From Takakia lepidozioides (lineage: Eukaryota > Plantae > Bryophyta): DNA of 64,000 nt. Below the pieces are notes generated by a model that worked only from the letters and a program-made list of their open reading frames with translations, made no database searches and was not told where the DNA came from. The translations under genes were made by a program, and so were the position numbers. The stretch is from the NCBI GenBank assembly GCA_030704615.1, contig CM060732.1:7688001-7752000 (forward strand), read 5' to 3'. How positions within the stretch are numbered: the first letter of the stretch is position 1; each line of letters starts with the position of its first letter. Positions 1-11,986 of this stretch are shown here, in pieces.

Positions 1-400
1 AAGGGCAATTTGTGCAAGCATCAAGTCCGAGTCCTGAAGTTGCTTCATCCACACTTGCAGGATGGACTCATAGTGCGCGCTTGTGGCACGGCGCTGGGAA
101 CCATTCATGGAGGATTGCATAATGTGTCTAGGGTTCATGCAAGTGTCGGCGACAAAGAGGGTTTGGGAAATGCAACAGAGGGCCCTTCCACAGATGACTT
201 CCCCTATGATGCGGAGCCTGTCCTCGTACCATCCTCCATGGATGAAGAATTTGCAGACATACTTCGCATTGTTAGGGACGACAAATACCTGCAGAAACAT
301 GTGTTGTCTTCTCTTCGTATCTGTAGGGGGCAGCTTGTTGATATTCTCGCCAAGAGTGCTGCAGGAATGTTGTACCAAAGTTGCAAGCGAAGAAATTGTC
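1..400 (+). pseudogene. C-terminal SWIM zinc-finger region of a MULE-type transposase (cut by the window edge)
   Basis: Frame 1 reads KGNLCKHQVRVL, the CxH half of SWIM, followed by an acidic tail. It runs into the ~121-bp repeat at ~430. Confidence 0.6.
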
Positions 401-429
401 ATTTGCCCCCCGAACGACTCGTTAAACCT

Positions 430-605
430 TTCAACCAATTTTCAATCATGAATCATTTAATAGGGGAACAATTGGTTCACCCTTAGAACCATTTTAGATT
501 GACCTCATACTTGTCCGGTAACTTAAAGAGGGCATGTATAACACACTCCCAAAGTTTCAAATCAATCTAAAATCATTTGGCAAGGGAACGATTGGTTCAC
601 CCATT
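430..605. repeat. ~121-bp repeat family, ~1.5 units
   Basis: ttggttcaccc..gacctcatacttgtccggta..gagggcatgta..aaagtttcaaa..aaatcatttg. Near-exact reverse complement of 6246-6403. Confidence 0.85.
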
Positions 606-772
606 GACCCGGTGTACACTGTCACTCTTCAAGATTCGTGGGTGTGGTGATTGATTATCCCATATGATGGACCGAGGTGCCATGGCCAAGTAACAAACCA
701 TTAAAACATTATGGTACGAGACAAACACAATTGAAAACAACATTTATTCAAACATGATGTACACTCAGAGGT

Positions 773-2179
773 CTACAAGTTTCTATCCATCCTCCAGCAA
801 TTTTTGGGCTCAGGCCAATTGAATAGCCCCATCATGAAACGCTTCACAACATTTTCTAGTTTGTACTGCAACTCTACTGTGTCTACACACAAGTTTTCCA
901 GAGCGGAAGCAAAACAGGTTCCAATAGACATATCGTTGAACAAACTTGCATCGAACGTGTTACCCCCATTTATTGCCTGGGCTATCTTCCCAATTGCAAA
1001 GGTCTCTGATGGCACGGTTAGAGGGGGCCTACGAGGTGTGCCATCCGACTGGTTGTTGGCTACATTATGAACAATTGCAATTTCAGGTGCAATCCATCAT
1101 CTATGTGCGAGAGTCTTTATCATCTTGTCTCTGCTCTAAAAAATGTACAACGTGGTTTTTGGGTCATCCATCGTGGAGGCCATCCCCCAATCGCATACCC
1201 CGATGTACACATCTTCAGACCCTTGTGGAAAATGCAACAAGATGTTGTCGGGGGACATGTCATTGTGCAAGAGATGATGATTATGGACGTTGAGCATGAT
1301 GTGCAAAAACGCCCATGCCAATTGGGTGCGATTCTGTCGGAATCCGAACCAGTTGGTTGACCTCCTGCATTTCTTGCTCCGTCCCCCGTCGTTCCATTAA
1401 CTCCCTGTTATCCCGATCATTCCCCCTTTTCCTGTCAATACTCAACCATGATCGTTTGGTCCCCCCATTCCACCAATGTGTGTAACCTTCATTTCGACGT
1501 GGATGCAACGCAAAATACTTTATGATGCCGAAATGATGGAACTTTACAGCCAACGCCTCATTATTATGTTGGACTTTGGCAAGCTCAGCATTTGTTTCCC
1601 TGGGCGTTTTCCCTGCTAGCTCCCAAGATGGAGGAATGAATTGATCCCCAACAATTCTAACCCTCCGAATTGTACCATACCCTCCCTATTTGGGCGCGTC
1701 GAGTTGTTGTACCTGTACGTTTGTGTATATGTATCTCACGTTCAATGTCGCATCCGCGGACGAGGACCCTGCCTTCCATGGGAGTGGTTTTGTACGTCGT
1801 TTGGCGTGGGCCTTTGCCATGTCAGACCACCAATCCACTCCATCCAGTCCTCCATCCATTTCGTGAACTGGAACTTCGTCCTGTCCTCCTCCCATTCATC
1901 CCCGGCCAAAACCTCCCTCATTCTCATCTCCATATTGTGCTGGAATCTAAGGAACCCCTCATTCCCATGTCGGACATACAAAAGATTCAAACGCATTATG
2001 TCATTGTCCTTCAAATAATCCAGCACTACTTGCTTCACCACCTTCGCGGCCTCTGCGCTTTGATAGTCTTTTTTGTTGACCTGACTATCCCGTTTATGTG
2101 CATGTTTACGCTTCCTACATTTACGCCCACTTCCCGAGGAACCCCCTGACATTGGGTTCGAAGCAACGTTTCCGGACAT
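773..2179 (-). pseudogene. Intronless Ser/Thr protein kinase with N-terminal extension (frameshifts and stops)
   Basis: Motifs in order across frames: *GGYGTIRRV (Gly loop, ~1685), ELAGK (VAIK), NEALA (alphaC Glu), HNDMSPDNILL (catalytic loop), DWGMA (DFG), SETFAIG (subdomain IX). ATG at 2177-2179. Confidence 0.85.
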
Positions 2180-2361
2180 GATGAAAGTACTCTGCGGAAT
2201 AGACGCGGCTTCGTAACGAAAAACTAAACCCAGACTATTGATAACCTTATATACTAGCAGACCAATTTCCTCACCCTCTATTGGTAAGTACCCAAAGCAA
2301 ACTCTCCCGCAGTCCGACGAAAAAAAGGCAAAAACTCCTCCCCCACACAAATCCACTTTCT

Positions 2362-2395
<34 letters not shown>

Positions 2396-2594
2396 CTCAG
2401 TCCTGGCCACCGAAGTTCAAACTCCAAGAAGCCCCAGAATCGCACTCACAGAGAGGGAAAAAAAGTGGGTTGGGAATGAGGGGTAGGCCCTTATATACTG
2501 CCTGGAGAGGCCTGACGTGCGACCGCCTCTGCTGCCCATTCACGCCTCGCCACGTATCCAGGGAGCGGTCGCACCTAATAACAAAAAAGAAAAA

Positions 2595-2931
2595 GTCTGC
2601 GACCACCACCGGCTGGTGGTCGCACCCATTTAAAAAAAAATTAAAAATGTGCAACCATCCTCTGCTGGTGGTCGCACCTATTTATTTTTTTTAAAATTTG
2701 CGACCAACACCTGCTGGTGGTCGCACCCAATTTTAAAAAAAGAAAAAATGTGCAACCATCCTCTGCTTGTGGTCGCACCTATTAAAAAAAATGAAAATGT
2801 TGCGACCACCACCTGCTGGTGGTCGCACCCATTTAAAAAAAAAAAAAAAATGTGCGACCACCCCCTTCTGGTGGTCGCACCTATTTAAAAAAATTAAAAA
2901 TTTGTCCGACCAACCTTTGCTGACGGTCGCA
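2595..2931. repeat. Tandem array of ~51-bp units: palindrome TGCGACCACC-N4/5-GGTGGTCGCA plus an A-tract spacer (7 units)
   Basis: Cores at ~2599, 2651, 2701, 2752, 2802, 2854 and 2906. A-rich on the + strand. Confidence 0.9.
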
Positions 2932-3172
2932 TGATTAACAATATAAATCATAATATATGAATTTTATAGATAATTAATGAAGTCCACGTAATGAGGCCAC
3001 ATCGGTTGCCACGTCGGTTCTCATAGTAAATAGTCAATAATAAAGTAAAAAAATAAACATATTTGTGTACAGTAACGTACGTGACGTGACGTGACGTGAC
3101 GCACGTCCGTCGTTGACGTCGGACGTGACGCTGACGCGTCAACGCCACGTCACGTCCAAATTTGCAACTATG
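2932..3172 (+). mobile_element. 3' end of the hAT element, displaced by inversion
   Basis: ACGTG/TGACG subterminal repeats, TIR tgcaactatg at 3163-3172 (CATAGTTGCA), TSD GAGTCTGC at 3173-3180. Confidence 0.85.
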
Positions 3173-3385
3173 GAGTCTGCTCAATCTGCCGAGTCTGCTG
3201 AGTCTGCTCATTATGCCGAGTCTGCTGGGTGATGAGTCTTCTGAGTCTGCTGAGTCGTGACTCTGTCGAGTCGGCTGAGTGTAGTGGGACCCGTGCAGTG
3301 TGGGAGTCTGTAGAGTCTACTGGAGAGGCAATTGGAGTGGGCTGAGTGGATTGCTGCCGTGAGACTCATGAGATTTGTCTTGCAG

Positions 3386-3798
3386 GGCGCACTGGAGTGT
3401 TGTTGTCATCGACGTGCGGAAAGGCTGCTACACTCACATGAACTCCATCGAGTCTTTGCATGGTTGCCCATATGTTTTGTCATGGATATGGAAGCTGTAT
3501 GCGGAGTGTTTAGGCTACAGTGTTGATTCACCGGGTTGGGAGGAGGTTAGGGCATTTCAGTTCAACCAGCCTGACAGCCATTCAGCTGGGAATGCGGGTT
3601 TTACGTCATGTCCTCATCCAAGGATATTATGAATGGCTACAAACTGGGCATACTCGAACCTCTTCTAAAAGGGCAGAAAGAGGAGTACATTTCACGAAAC
3701 ACTGGTTTACGTTCAAGTTTGCATTTGGCCAACGGATGCAGTGTTTTAAGTACATCTTGACTGGTTTGAGTGCTGCTGAGAAAGCAGTATCCTCATAG
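3386..3798 (+). pseudogene. Last exon of a Ulp1/C48 SUMO-protease-like gene (catalytic His and Cys)
   Basis: Acceptor ttgcag ends at 3385. Reads AHWSVVVIDV..THMNS..QFNQPDS, then after a frameshift WECGFYVM (Cys at 3593). Confidence 0.8.
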
Positions 3799-4039
3799 AT
3801 ATCCATCTGGGTCCGAGATTAGAGGTGCACCATAAGACGCATTTGTCATGTAAGCATGTTTTTGAGCATTTGCAACGAAATAAAATATGACTTTGTATAT
3901 ACATCCTATTGGTCGCATATGAGTGCAGTGTGGAGTAGTCAATGTAGATTTGTGACCAATTCACTGCATGTTGTTAAGCGGACTTACCTCTGCACACACA
4001 TTCATTTTGTTTAATATACCAAGGGAGTCCACTGGTCAG

Positions 4040-4570
4040 CAAACAGCCGAGAGTCAGTAGACTGCCAGAGTACGGGAAGAGGGTATGCCTAGGCTTGTGA
4101 GCAGACAGATGGCAATGTCACCAGACTGACGAGAGTCCGACAGACTGAGGAGTTGGGACCAGTCCGGCAGACTGGCAGATGCGATTGGGAACCATGAGTC
4201 TGCACTGGTGAGCAGACTGTCGAGAGTCACCGGAGTGGTATAGTACAGGCGGATGGCATTGGCCAGTAGACTGCCAAGTCTGGTCAGCAGAGTAATGAGA
4301 GTCCACCGTGCTGAGAATGGCCAGTCTGATGGGTAGACCGCATGAGGCTCGCTGGTCAGCCAGGTGCAGGCACGTTCAGAACCGGGAGACTGGTCTGCTC
4401 AGGAGAAGACTGGCACAGCAGACTGTTTGAAGACTGAGTCCCAGCCTGGTACAGCAGACTGGTTCAAATACCAGAAGAGTGGTTGAGCAGACTGGTTCAG
4501 ACACCAGAAGACTGGTTGAGCAGACTAGTTTACTAGGCTGGTTGGCAGGCAGGTTAGACGTCTGGTGCAC
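4040..4570. repeat. Degenerate CAGACT/AGTCTG-rich repeats of the Ulp1-carrying element
   Basis: The same motif occurs at 3173-3330, 15383-15460, 15915-16060, 16600-17880 and 18790-19030. Confidence 0.7.
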
Positions 4571-5314
4571 ATGCAATCGTACCGCCGAAATTTTATTTCA
4601 TGGGGAGAATGATACTGTACCATTTCTTACATTTCCTACTCTACTTTAAAACTGGTATACGGTCTGCGAGTCTCGGATTGTGGAGTATATGTGTGCTGCA
4701 GGTGTTGGGGCACCAACCCTCTTCCCTGTTTTGCGTAAGACCCTGGGTCGCGTTTTCCATGCCTCAACGAAATCTCGTTTCTTTTTCAGCGACATATTGT
4801 TGTTGTCATTTACATGACGGAAGCTCTTTGCTGCCGTACTTAAGCACATATGGACGAAAGTTGAACTTCAACAAAGTTGTTTGAATCGGTTATTCAAATT
4901 CATAAGGAAAAACAATCTTTCGTCTGCACATGAATTGTTTTTAATTCCATTCTGAAGTCATATGCTTGATAACAACATGAAGAGTTGCATGCAAAATATC
5001 ACCATGAACAGACATCGTCTGCATCCAAAACACATTTTATTCCCTCATTTGCACTCTAAGGTGAAGTTATCTTCAACTTCATGCACTCTTTATAGAGAGT
5101 TCTGCAATAGTGAGCATAGAGCAAAGGATGAACGTTTTTTTCCAAACATTTTTCTTTGGTACATTTTTTGACAAGGATGTGGTGGTGTGAGGGTTCAACT
5201 CACAGAACAAAATCAAGCCAAAAACAAAATCATTGCGCCCCACACTCATTGCGCCCCACAATCCTATGCTCTCTAAATCATTTTATTTAGTAAAAATCCA
5301 GTTCAATTCAAAAT

Positions 5315-5830
5315 TGGATGAAAGGGTGAACGGAAACTTCCCCGATGAAATGATATTTTATTGCTCCGAAACTTTGCAAATGTCTTCTACATGCCCTCTT
5401 ACACGTCTTTGAGAAGTATGACATCAATCTAAAATGGTTTAAAGGGTGAACCAATCGTCCCCCTACCAAATTTTTTATTCACGTCATACTTGTCCGGTAC
5501 TTGTAGGAGGGCATGTGGCTGACACTTGCAAAGCTTCAAAGCAATGTAAAATCATTTGATAGGGGAACAATTGGTTCACCCTTTCAACCATATTTTACTA
5601 ACCTCATACTTGTCCGGTACCTTTAAAATGGCATGTGAAAGACACTTGCAAAGCTTTAAAGCACTCCAAAATCATTTGATATGTTCATGATTGATTCACC
5701 CTTTTAACCATTTTAGATTGATTTGAAACTTGTGAAAACTTGTGAAAGACCTGTAAGATGGCATGTACAAGACACTTGCCAAGTTTCAAATCAATCATTC
5801 CGTTATCAAATGATTTTATATTGCTTTGGA
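5315..5830. repeat. ~121-bp repeat family with an orientation switch near 5470
   Basis: gggtgaacc units are followed by ttggttcaccc units. Confidence 0.8.
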
Positions 5831-5849
5831 TGTCATTGCTTTGGTAATT

Positions 5850-6242
5850 CTAGCCCCCCAATGGCCCATTGTAACCCTTGAATTACAATTCAAAATGCAA
5901 TTCAAGCCCTTAAAATTGGTAATGTCAGTCCTTAAAATGACCAACCCCGGCCGCCCCTCAAATTGTAATTTGAGCCCTTGAAATTGTCAATTCCAACCCC
6001 TCAAATTGCAATTGAAGCCCCTGAAATTTAATTCCAACCCCTCAAATTGCACTTCTAGCCCTTGAAATGACAATTCCCGCCCCTCAAATTGCAACTGTGA
6101 AATGGCAATTGCTAGTGCAGCCCCTGAAATTGGCAATTGAAGCCCGTGGAATGGCAGTTTCAGCCCCTCAAATTGCAAGTCCACCCCCTGAAATTGGCAA
6201 TTCGAGCCCCATAAATGGCAATTTCAGCCCCTGAAATTGGCT
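5850..6242. repeat. ~21-bp minisatellite (cccctgaaattggcaatttcag), ~17 copies
   Basis: Directly visible periodicity. The minus-strand ORF repeats LQFEGL. Confidence 0.85.
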
Positions 6243-6245
6243 ATG

Positions 6246-8050
6246 GGTGAACCAATCATTCCCCTGCCAAATGATTTTGGATTCATTTGAAACTTTGCGA
6301 GTGTCTTGTACATGCCCTCTTAAAGTTACTGGACAAGTATGATGTCAATGTTAAATGGTTCAAAGGGTGAACCAACAGTTCCCCTATTGGATGATTCATG
6401 ATTAATCGTTAACGATTGATCTCATATTACACTGGGACCTATCAGAGGGTACATTGAACACACTGGCCAAGTCTCAAAGCGAACGAAAATCATTTGGATG
6501 GGCAACCATCCGTCGGCCCATCGAATTAATTTTGGTTGATCTCATATTACTTTGGGGCCTCTTCCATGGCACATTGAACATACTGGCCGAGTCTCAAAGC
6601 GAACCAAAATCATCTCGATGGCCAACCATCCGTTGAGCCATCGAATGAATTTTGATTGATCTGATATTAGTCCGGGACTTGTGAGAGGGTGTCTCAAACG
6701 TACTGGCAAAGTTTGGAAGCAAATAAAAATGATTTGGATGGGCAACCATCCGTTCACCCGTTGAATGTATTCCGCTGGATCTGCTATTGCTTTGGGACCT
6801 GTTGGACTGTGTTTCGCATGCTCACGATTTTTTTTTCATTCGATTTTTGAATGGGGCGTGTAATGTAGCCATATGCAACGTGCGTGCCAAATTTGGGGGC
6901 AAACATAATTCATTTGGACCCAAAACCACAGTTTCTTCCCTTTTTTGCACTCCAAACTTGACTTGTGTTCAACTTCATGCACTCTTCATACAGAGTTTTG
7001 CAATAAAGAACGAAGAGAACACTTTTTTTTTGGGGCATTTTTTATTGGTCCAAATTTTGGCGGGGGAGTAGTGGTGGGATGCTGGAAGCCGCAGAACAAA
7101 ATTGAGCCAAAAACAAAATCGATACGTGCCAGAAACCCCCAATGAAAGGTTGTGCAAACCTATTTTTTGGCTTAAAATTAATTTAAATTCAATTACATTA
7201 TGGAATGGCTTGGTGTCGATGGGGAGGCAAATGATTTATTCGTCTGTTGTGTCTCCGCACATGTGTCGCACACATATTTAAGCACATGTGGGAAAAAGAG
7301 GGGCTTCAACCACATCCGTTCAATGGGTGCAATAGCCGTGCGCATTGCAGGATTTTTTTTTTCGCAATGAACAAAAACCAGATGACAACTGAACGCCTCA
7401 TTGGCCCATCGAACGAATTTCGATTGATCTCATATTACACTGGGACCTATCAGAGGGTACATTGAACACACTGGCCAAGTCTCAAAGCGAACGAAAATCA
7501 TTTGGATGGGCAACCATCCGTTGGCCCATTGAACAAATTTCGATTGATCTCATATTACTCTGGGGCCTCTTCCATGGTACATTGAAGATATACTGGCCAA
7601 GTCTCAAAGCGAACCAAAATCATTTGGAGGCAAATGATTTATGCGTCTGTTCATTTATTTGTGATTAATCGTTAATGGTGAAAAGGATAAACCAAAGGTT
7701 CCTTGATCAAAAAAAATTTGAATGATTTGAAATTTTGCCAGTATGTTCTACATGCCTCTTACATGGACCGACAAGTATGAGATCAATAAAAAATGGTTCA
7801 CAGGAAGAACCAATGGTTACTTGATGTGCCGATTTCTGAATGCTTTCAAACTTTGCCATTGCATTGTACATGCCCTCTTAAAGGTACCGGACAAGTATGA
7901 GTTCGATTTAAAATATTGCAATGGGTGAACCAATGGTATCTTCATTCAGCAATTTTTGATTGTTTTGAAACTTTGCCAGTATATTGTACATGCGTCAAAC
8001 AGGTACCGAACAAGTATGAGGTCATTCAAAAATGGTTCAAAGGATGAACC
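6246..8050. repeat. Cluster of 121/122-bp repeats, two subfamilies in both orientations
   Basis: Subfamily A at 6246-6403 and 7700-8050. Subfamily B (gatctcatattacactgggacc) at 6413-6790 and 7420-7630. 6930-7160 also repeats 5050-5270. Confidence 0.8.
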
Positions 8051-8147
8051 TCGTATTTCCAAAAATTACGTAGACTATATAGTGGGTTGCACATTTAAGT
8101 TTTCGCAACCTGAGACCTTTGGCCTACTCCCTACGTTTCTAGCCTTT

Positions 8148-10683
8148 CTAGTCATCTTCATCTAGATTTATTACTTCGTTGTCGTCATCTCCAGATGTTG
8201 ATGAAGATGCTCCGGGTGTAGAGGACGTGCCTCCACCAGTACGGAGAGCTCGAGCCTGGGCTCGAGTGGTCAAAGAGGACCCAGTGTTGTGTGGTCCACC
8301 CTTGCCATCATGCGTAGCGTTCTAGGCGAGTGCTGACTCTCTTCCACATTTGCCAGAGCCGGGTGTCGCTCTTGCTACGGCGGCATGCAATTTTTCAATT
8401 AAATCCGATATGTTTGGAAGTGGCAAGAACACCCCTGGAATAGGGGCAACTTGGTCACCATGTGTTCTGCCAATACTTTAGAACACTCGTGATGGCAGCC
8501 TTGAAATTGTCCAACACCTCCTCCTGCTGGGGGTCTCTGCGCAACTCTGGAAAAATGGCCCCCATCCCGACGAGGCACCAGTACGTCTCATTCATATCCT
8601 CCCAACGGATGCTAGCGGCCTCCAACTCCCTCAGAAATAGGTCTCTCCCAATCGGTTCGCGATTGTATGGGTCGTTTTCCGTTGGCACCCACGATCCTCA
8701 GGCAGTCGGAAGAATCTTTGTCTGGTACAGCTCCAATGCCCTCCCAAGTTCCGGCAAAAACTCCCTTGGACTGGGTCCCGTATGCCTCTAGCACGCACGT
8801 TATTTCCCAGTTGGATGTCACCCAAAAGGTCACCGGATCTTTAACCCTAGTTAACGTCTTCGCATCCAAGGCGTGCATCTCTCTTGGAGCATCCCATGTC
8901 ATTGTCTCCCCCAGTGCTGCCAATTTAAAAAATCGTAAGGCGATACATCCAATGGCATGTTGTACCGGTTGTACTCGTATCCCGTGGGCATATTGTCTTG
9001 CAACCCAAACAACTCGTAGAAACGTCGATGGATTGGTCCACGACAGTCAGGGCATTGGCTGGCTCGCATGGCTGCCGATATGAGACATGTGGGATGGAAC
9101 AAATGGCCACATGAACCAGCCTCCCTCCGGTCCATAAGGGTTTTAGGCACATTGTGCACACCGTACCATCTGTTACCCATGACGCTGGATTGCTCTGTGG
9201 TATCCACGTCCGTTTATCCTCATTAATGTAGGATGACATCCTCGGCCTGGTGTCCCACTCCTCTCTATTTCCAAATCCCAGTTTATGCTGTTATTGGTAT
9301 CGGAAATTGTATGCACACAGTGCTCAAATTGGTATGCACAACCCCATGTGGTGAATCCAGTGTACTTCGACGTGAATACATCACGCACAGTGTCGTGCCT
9401 TTGCAAATTAGCATAGATGTTATCTACGCTTCGATTCGACAACGTGCTGCACGTTGGAGGGGACAACGTTCTTCTATCCGTGTTTCCCGCGATGCTAGAT
9501 GGCCCGCCCATGTCACCAATTCGCCAATTCCCTTTCAACCATGGCCACGATCGGATTTGCATGGCATTTGAGTACCGATATGCAACAGCCCTAGCTTGCT
9601 CGCGTTCCCCCACAAGCTGCTCTAATTCCTGTTCTTGGGCCGATGTAATTTGCACGGCTGAACATTCCCAGTTTCCACTATGGGGTCCTTCCCTTTTCTT
9701 GCCCTCTCCGCCGCAAGTCTTTCTTCCTCAACCCTCGCCGGGTCCAGTTCAGACGTTTGCACTTCATTCCCATGCCCGATTGAGTCAACCCTATCGATGA
9801 CGCGGTCAATGTCCATTGGTGGCATATTCAAACGCGCCAATATGTCTTGCTCGTTGGTGATTGGCCTCGGGTCCTGAAGCACACCGCGTACGCTGTCGAG
9901 AGTCCCCAACCCCATTCTTTCCAACTTCGCTAGTTGCCACCGTTGCAAATGAACAATGTCCTGCAGGTCTTTGATGTGCTGTTCATGTGCGGCCAACTGT
10001 TCCTCCAACGGAGAGCGTACCTCGCCCCCCTCCACCTCAGACGTTGAAGGCCCGGCTGCGGAGACCTGTTGCGGCGTATAATCTGGAGGTTGGTCTGCAT
10101 TTCCTCCTTCTTCCACATCGTCGTTTCCATCCGTCTTTCCTCCTTCTTCCACCTCGTCGTTTCCATCGAACCGTATGATGTCCTGCCCCTGACGTATATA
10201 CAAGTCTGGGATATCAGAGAACGTGTATAGTCTAGTACGTTGTCTCGCAGTGGCAGTTTGCCAATCCACCGGTCGCAATAAAATCAACTGTGTGTACAAC
10301 ATGGCCGCCGCAAATAAATACGGGACCTTGTTGTTGACGAGCGGTTGACCCCACAATGTTGTATGTACCTCCTCTGCCCTGTGGCGGAAATGCGGGTTGG
10401 CGCAGGAATGCAAGCTAGCTTGATTTTGTTTGGTTTGTGGATCATGCTATCTCTGGGCCACAAACGATTTATGTGACACCAGTCCACAAATTTCCTGCAG
10501 TCACCAAGCGACCACCGCTGCCCCAACTTCCAAACTTCCCAACCTGGTTCCGCAAGAATGTTGGGGTCATTGTATATGTCCCAACGAAGTTCGCGCCTGG
10601 CCCATTTTGGTTTTTTTTTTTGGAGGTCCAGGTTTATTATCGTCATCCCTGGGATGACCTCCTCTGTCTTCTTCCTCCGCCAT
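8148..10683 (-). pseudogene. Intronless RING-H2 (E3 ligase-like) gene with acidic and coiled-coil segments, frameshifted
   Basis: CTMC...SCGHLFHPTCL...CPDCR (C3H2C3) split across ORFs 8925-9239 and 8899-9207. ATG at 10681-10683. Confidence 0.8.
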
Positions 10684-11109
10684 TTATGGCTTTGGCTTAC
10701 CCCTACTCGACAGGTGTTTGCTAAGAAAAATGCTCTCCCAACCCTCCTAAATCGTACCTAATCCTACTCCCTAATGAATCCTCCCCAAGTACTAGAGGCA
10801 CGTGTCACTCCCTCGGCAGTTCTAAGTGATATGACGCAATGTGCAATGAAAAAACGTGGGTGCTAGAGGAGGGCTTCCCGGGAGGTACTCATCATCGATT
10901 TCGTAGAATCCAACGGCCCAAAATACCCCCACCCAACCAATAGCACCCCTCTCCACTTGGACTCAATGAGCATCCCATCGCCCACCAAGTCCTGGTGTGG
11001 AAAAAGTGAGGGAGAGAATGGCCTCCAAAGCCTTATAAGCCCCCCCTCCACACTCGGGGCACGTGTTGTCATCGTGACTGCGCACGCTAGTAATAGCTGC
11101 GACTGCTAG

Positions 11110-11986
11110 AAGGGGTGGTCGCATATTTTTTTCTTTTCTTTATTATGTGCAACCACCAGCAGGGGGGTGGTCGCAGAATTTTTTTTTATTTAATAAGTGC
11201 GACCACCAGCAGGGGGTGGTCGCAGATTTTTTTTATTTATTTTTTTATGGGTGCGACAACCAGCAGGGGGGTGGTCGCAGATTTTTATTTTTATTTTTTT
11301 AATGGGTGCGACCACCAGCAGAGGGTGGTCGCATAATTTTTATTTTTTTTAAACCAGCAGGGGGTGGTCGCAGATTTTTTTTAAGCAGGAGGTGGATGTC
11401 GCATAATTTTTTTTTTTAATAGGCGCGACCACCAGCAGAGGGGTGGTCGCAGAGATTTTGTTTAAAACAAATAGGTGCGACCACCACCTGCTGGTGGTCA
11501 CACTATTTTCCTTTTCTTAATAGATGCACCACCAGCAGGGAGGTGGTCGTAGGGGGGTGGTCGCATAATTTTCCGATTTTTTAATATCTACCAACAGTCA
11601 GTAGCTTAGTTGGTTAAGTGCACTGAGTGCGACCCGGACGATTCTGGGGTCAAATCTTGCTACTTGATGGGTGTGGTATGGTTCGTGTGTGGTGCCCCAT
11701 TCCTACGCCTCTTGACGCATAAATGAAAGAGGTTATTTTCTCCTCTCACTACTAAGGGGCCTGATTTGTGAGTTGTCCCTCCCAGGTGTTTCCCAAAATA
11801 AAATAAAATAAAATAATTTAAAATCTGCGACCACCAGCAAGGGTAATCAGTAAATCAGTAAATAGGTACGACTACCAGCAGGGGGGTGGTCGCAACATTT
11901 TTTTTTATTTTAACAATTGCGACGACCGCCTGGTGGTCACACAATTTGTTTTTTTTAAAAATAGGTGCGACCACCAGGAGGTTGGT
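11110..11986. repeat. Same GGTGGTCGCA palindromic array in the opposite (T-rich) orientation, interrupted by a SINE
   Basis: Repeated gcgaccaccagcagggggtggtcgca with T-tracts. Confidence 0.9.
11590..11816 (+). mobile_element. tRNA-derived SINE
   Basis: Box A TAGCTTAGTTGG (~11602), box B-like GGGTCAAATC (~11647), (AAAAT)n tail 11796-11816, approximate TSD tttaatatct / tttaaaatct. Confidence 0.7.

Noticed and set aside
2363-2394. Long poly-C/G runs (also ~31584-31606 and 43863-43890) read as Pro/Gly-rich coding or G-quadruplex elements
   Set aside because: Simple homopolymers of unreliable length with no evidence of function.
2595-2931. CRISPR-like array (palindromic repeats with spacers), also 11110-11986 and 54697-54835
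   Set aside because: Spacers are homologous A-tracts or a constant 6-mer, there are no cas genes, and the context is eukaryotic.
11597-11665. Functional tRNA gene
   Set aside because: Box B is degenerate, there is no convincing cloverleaf, and it continues into a body and A-rich tail like a SINE.
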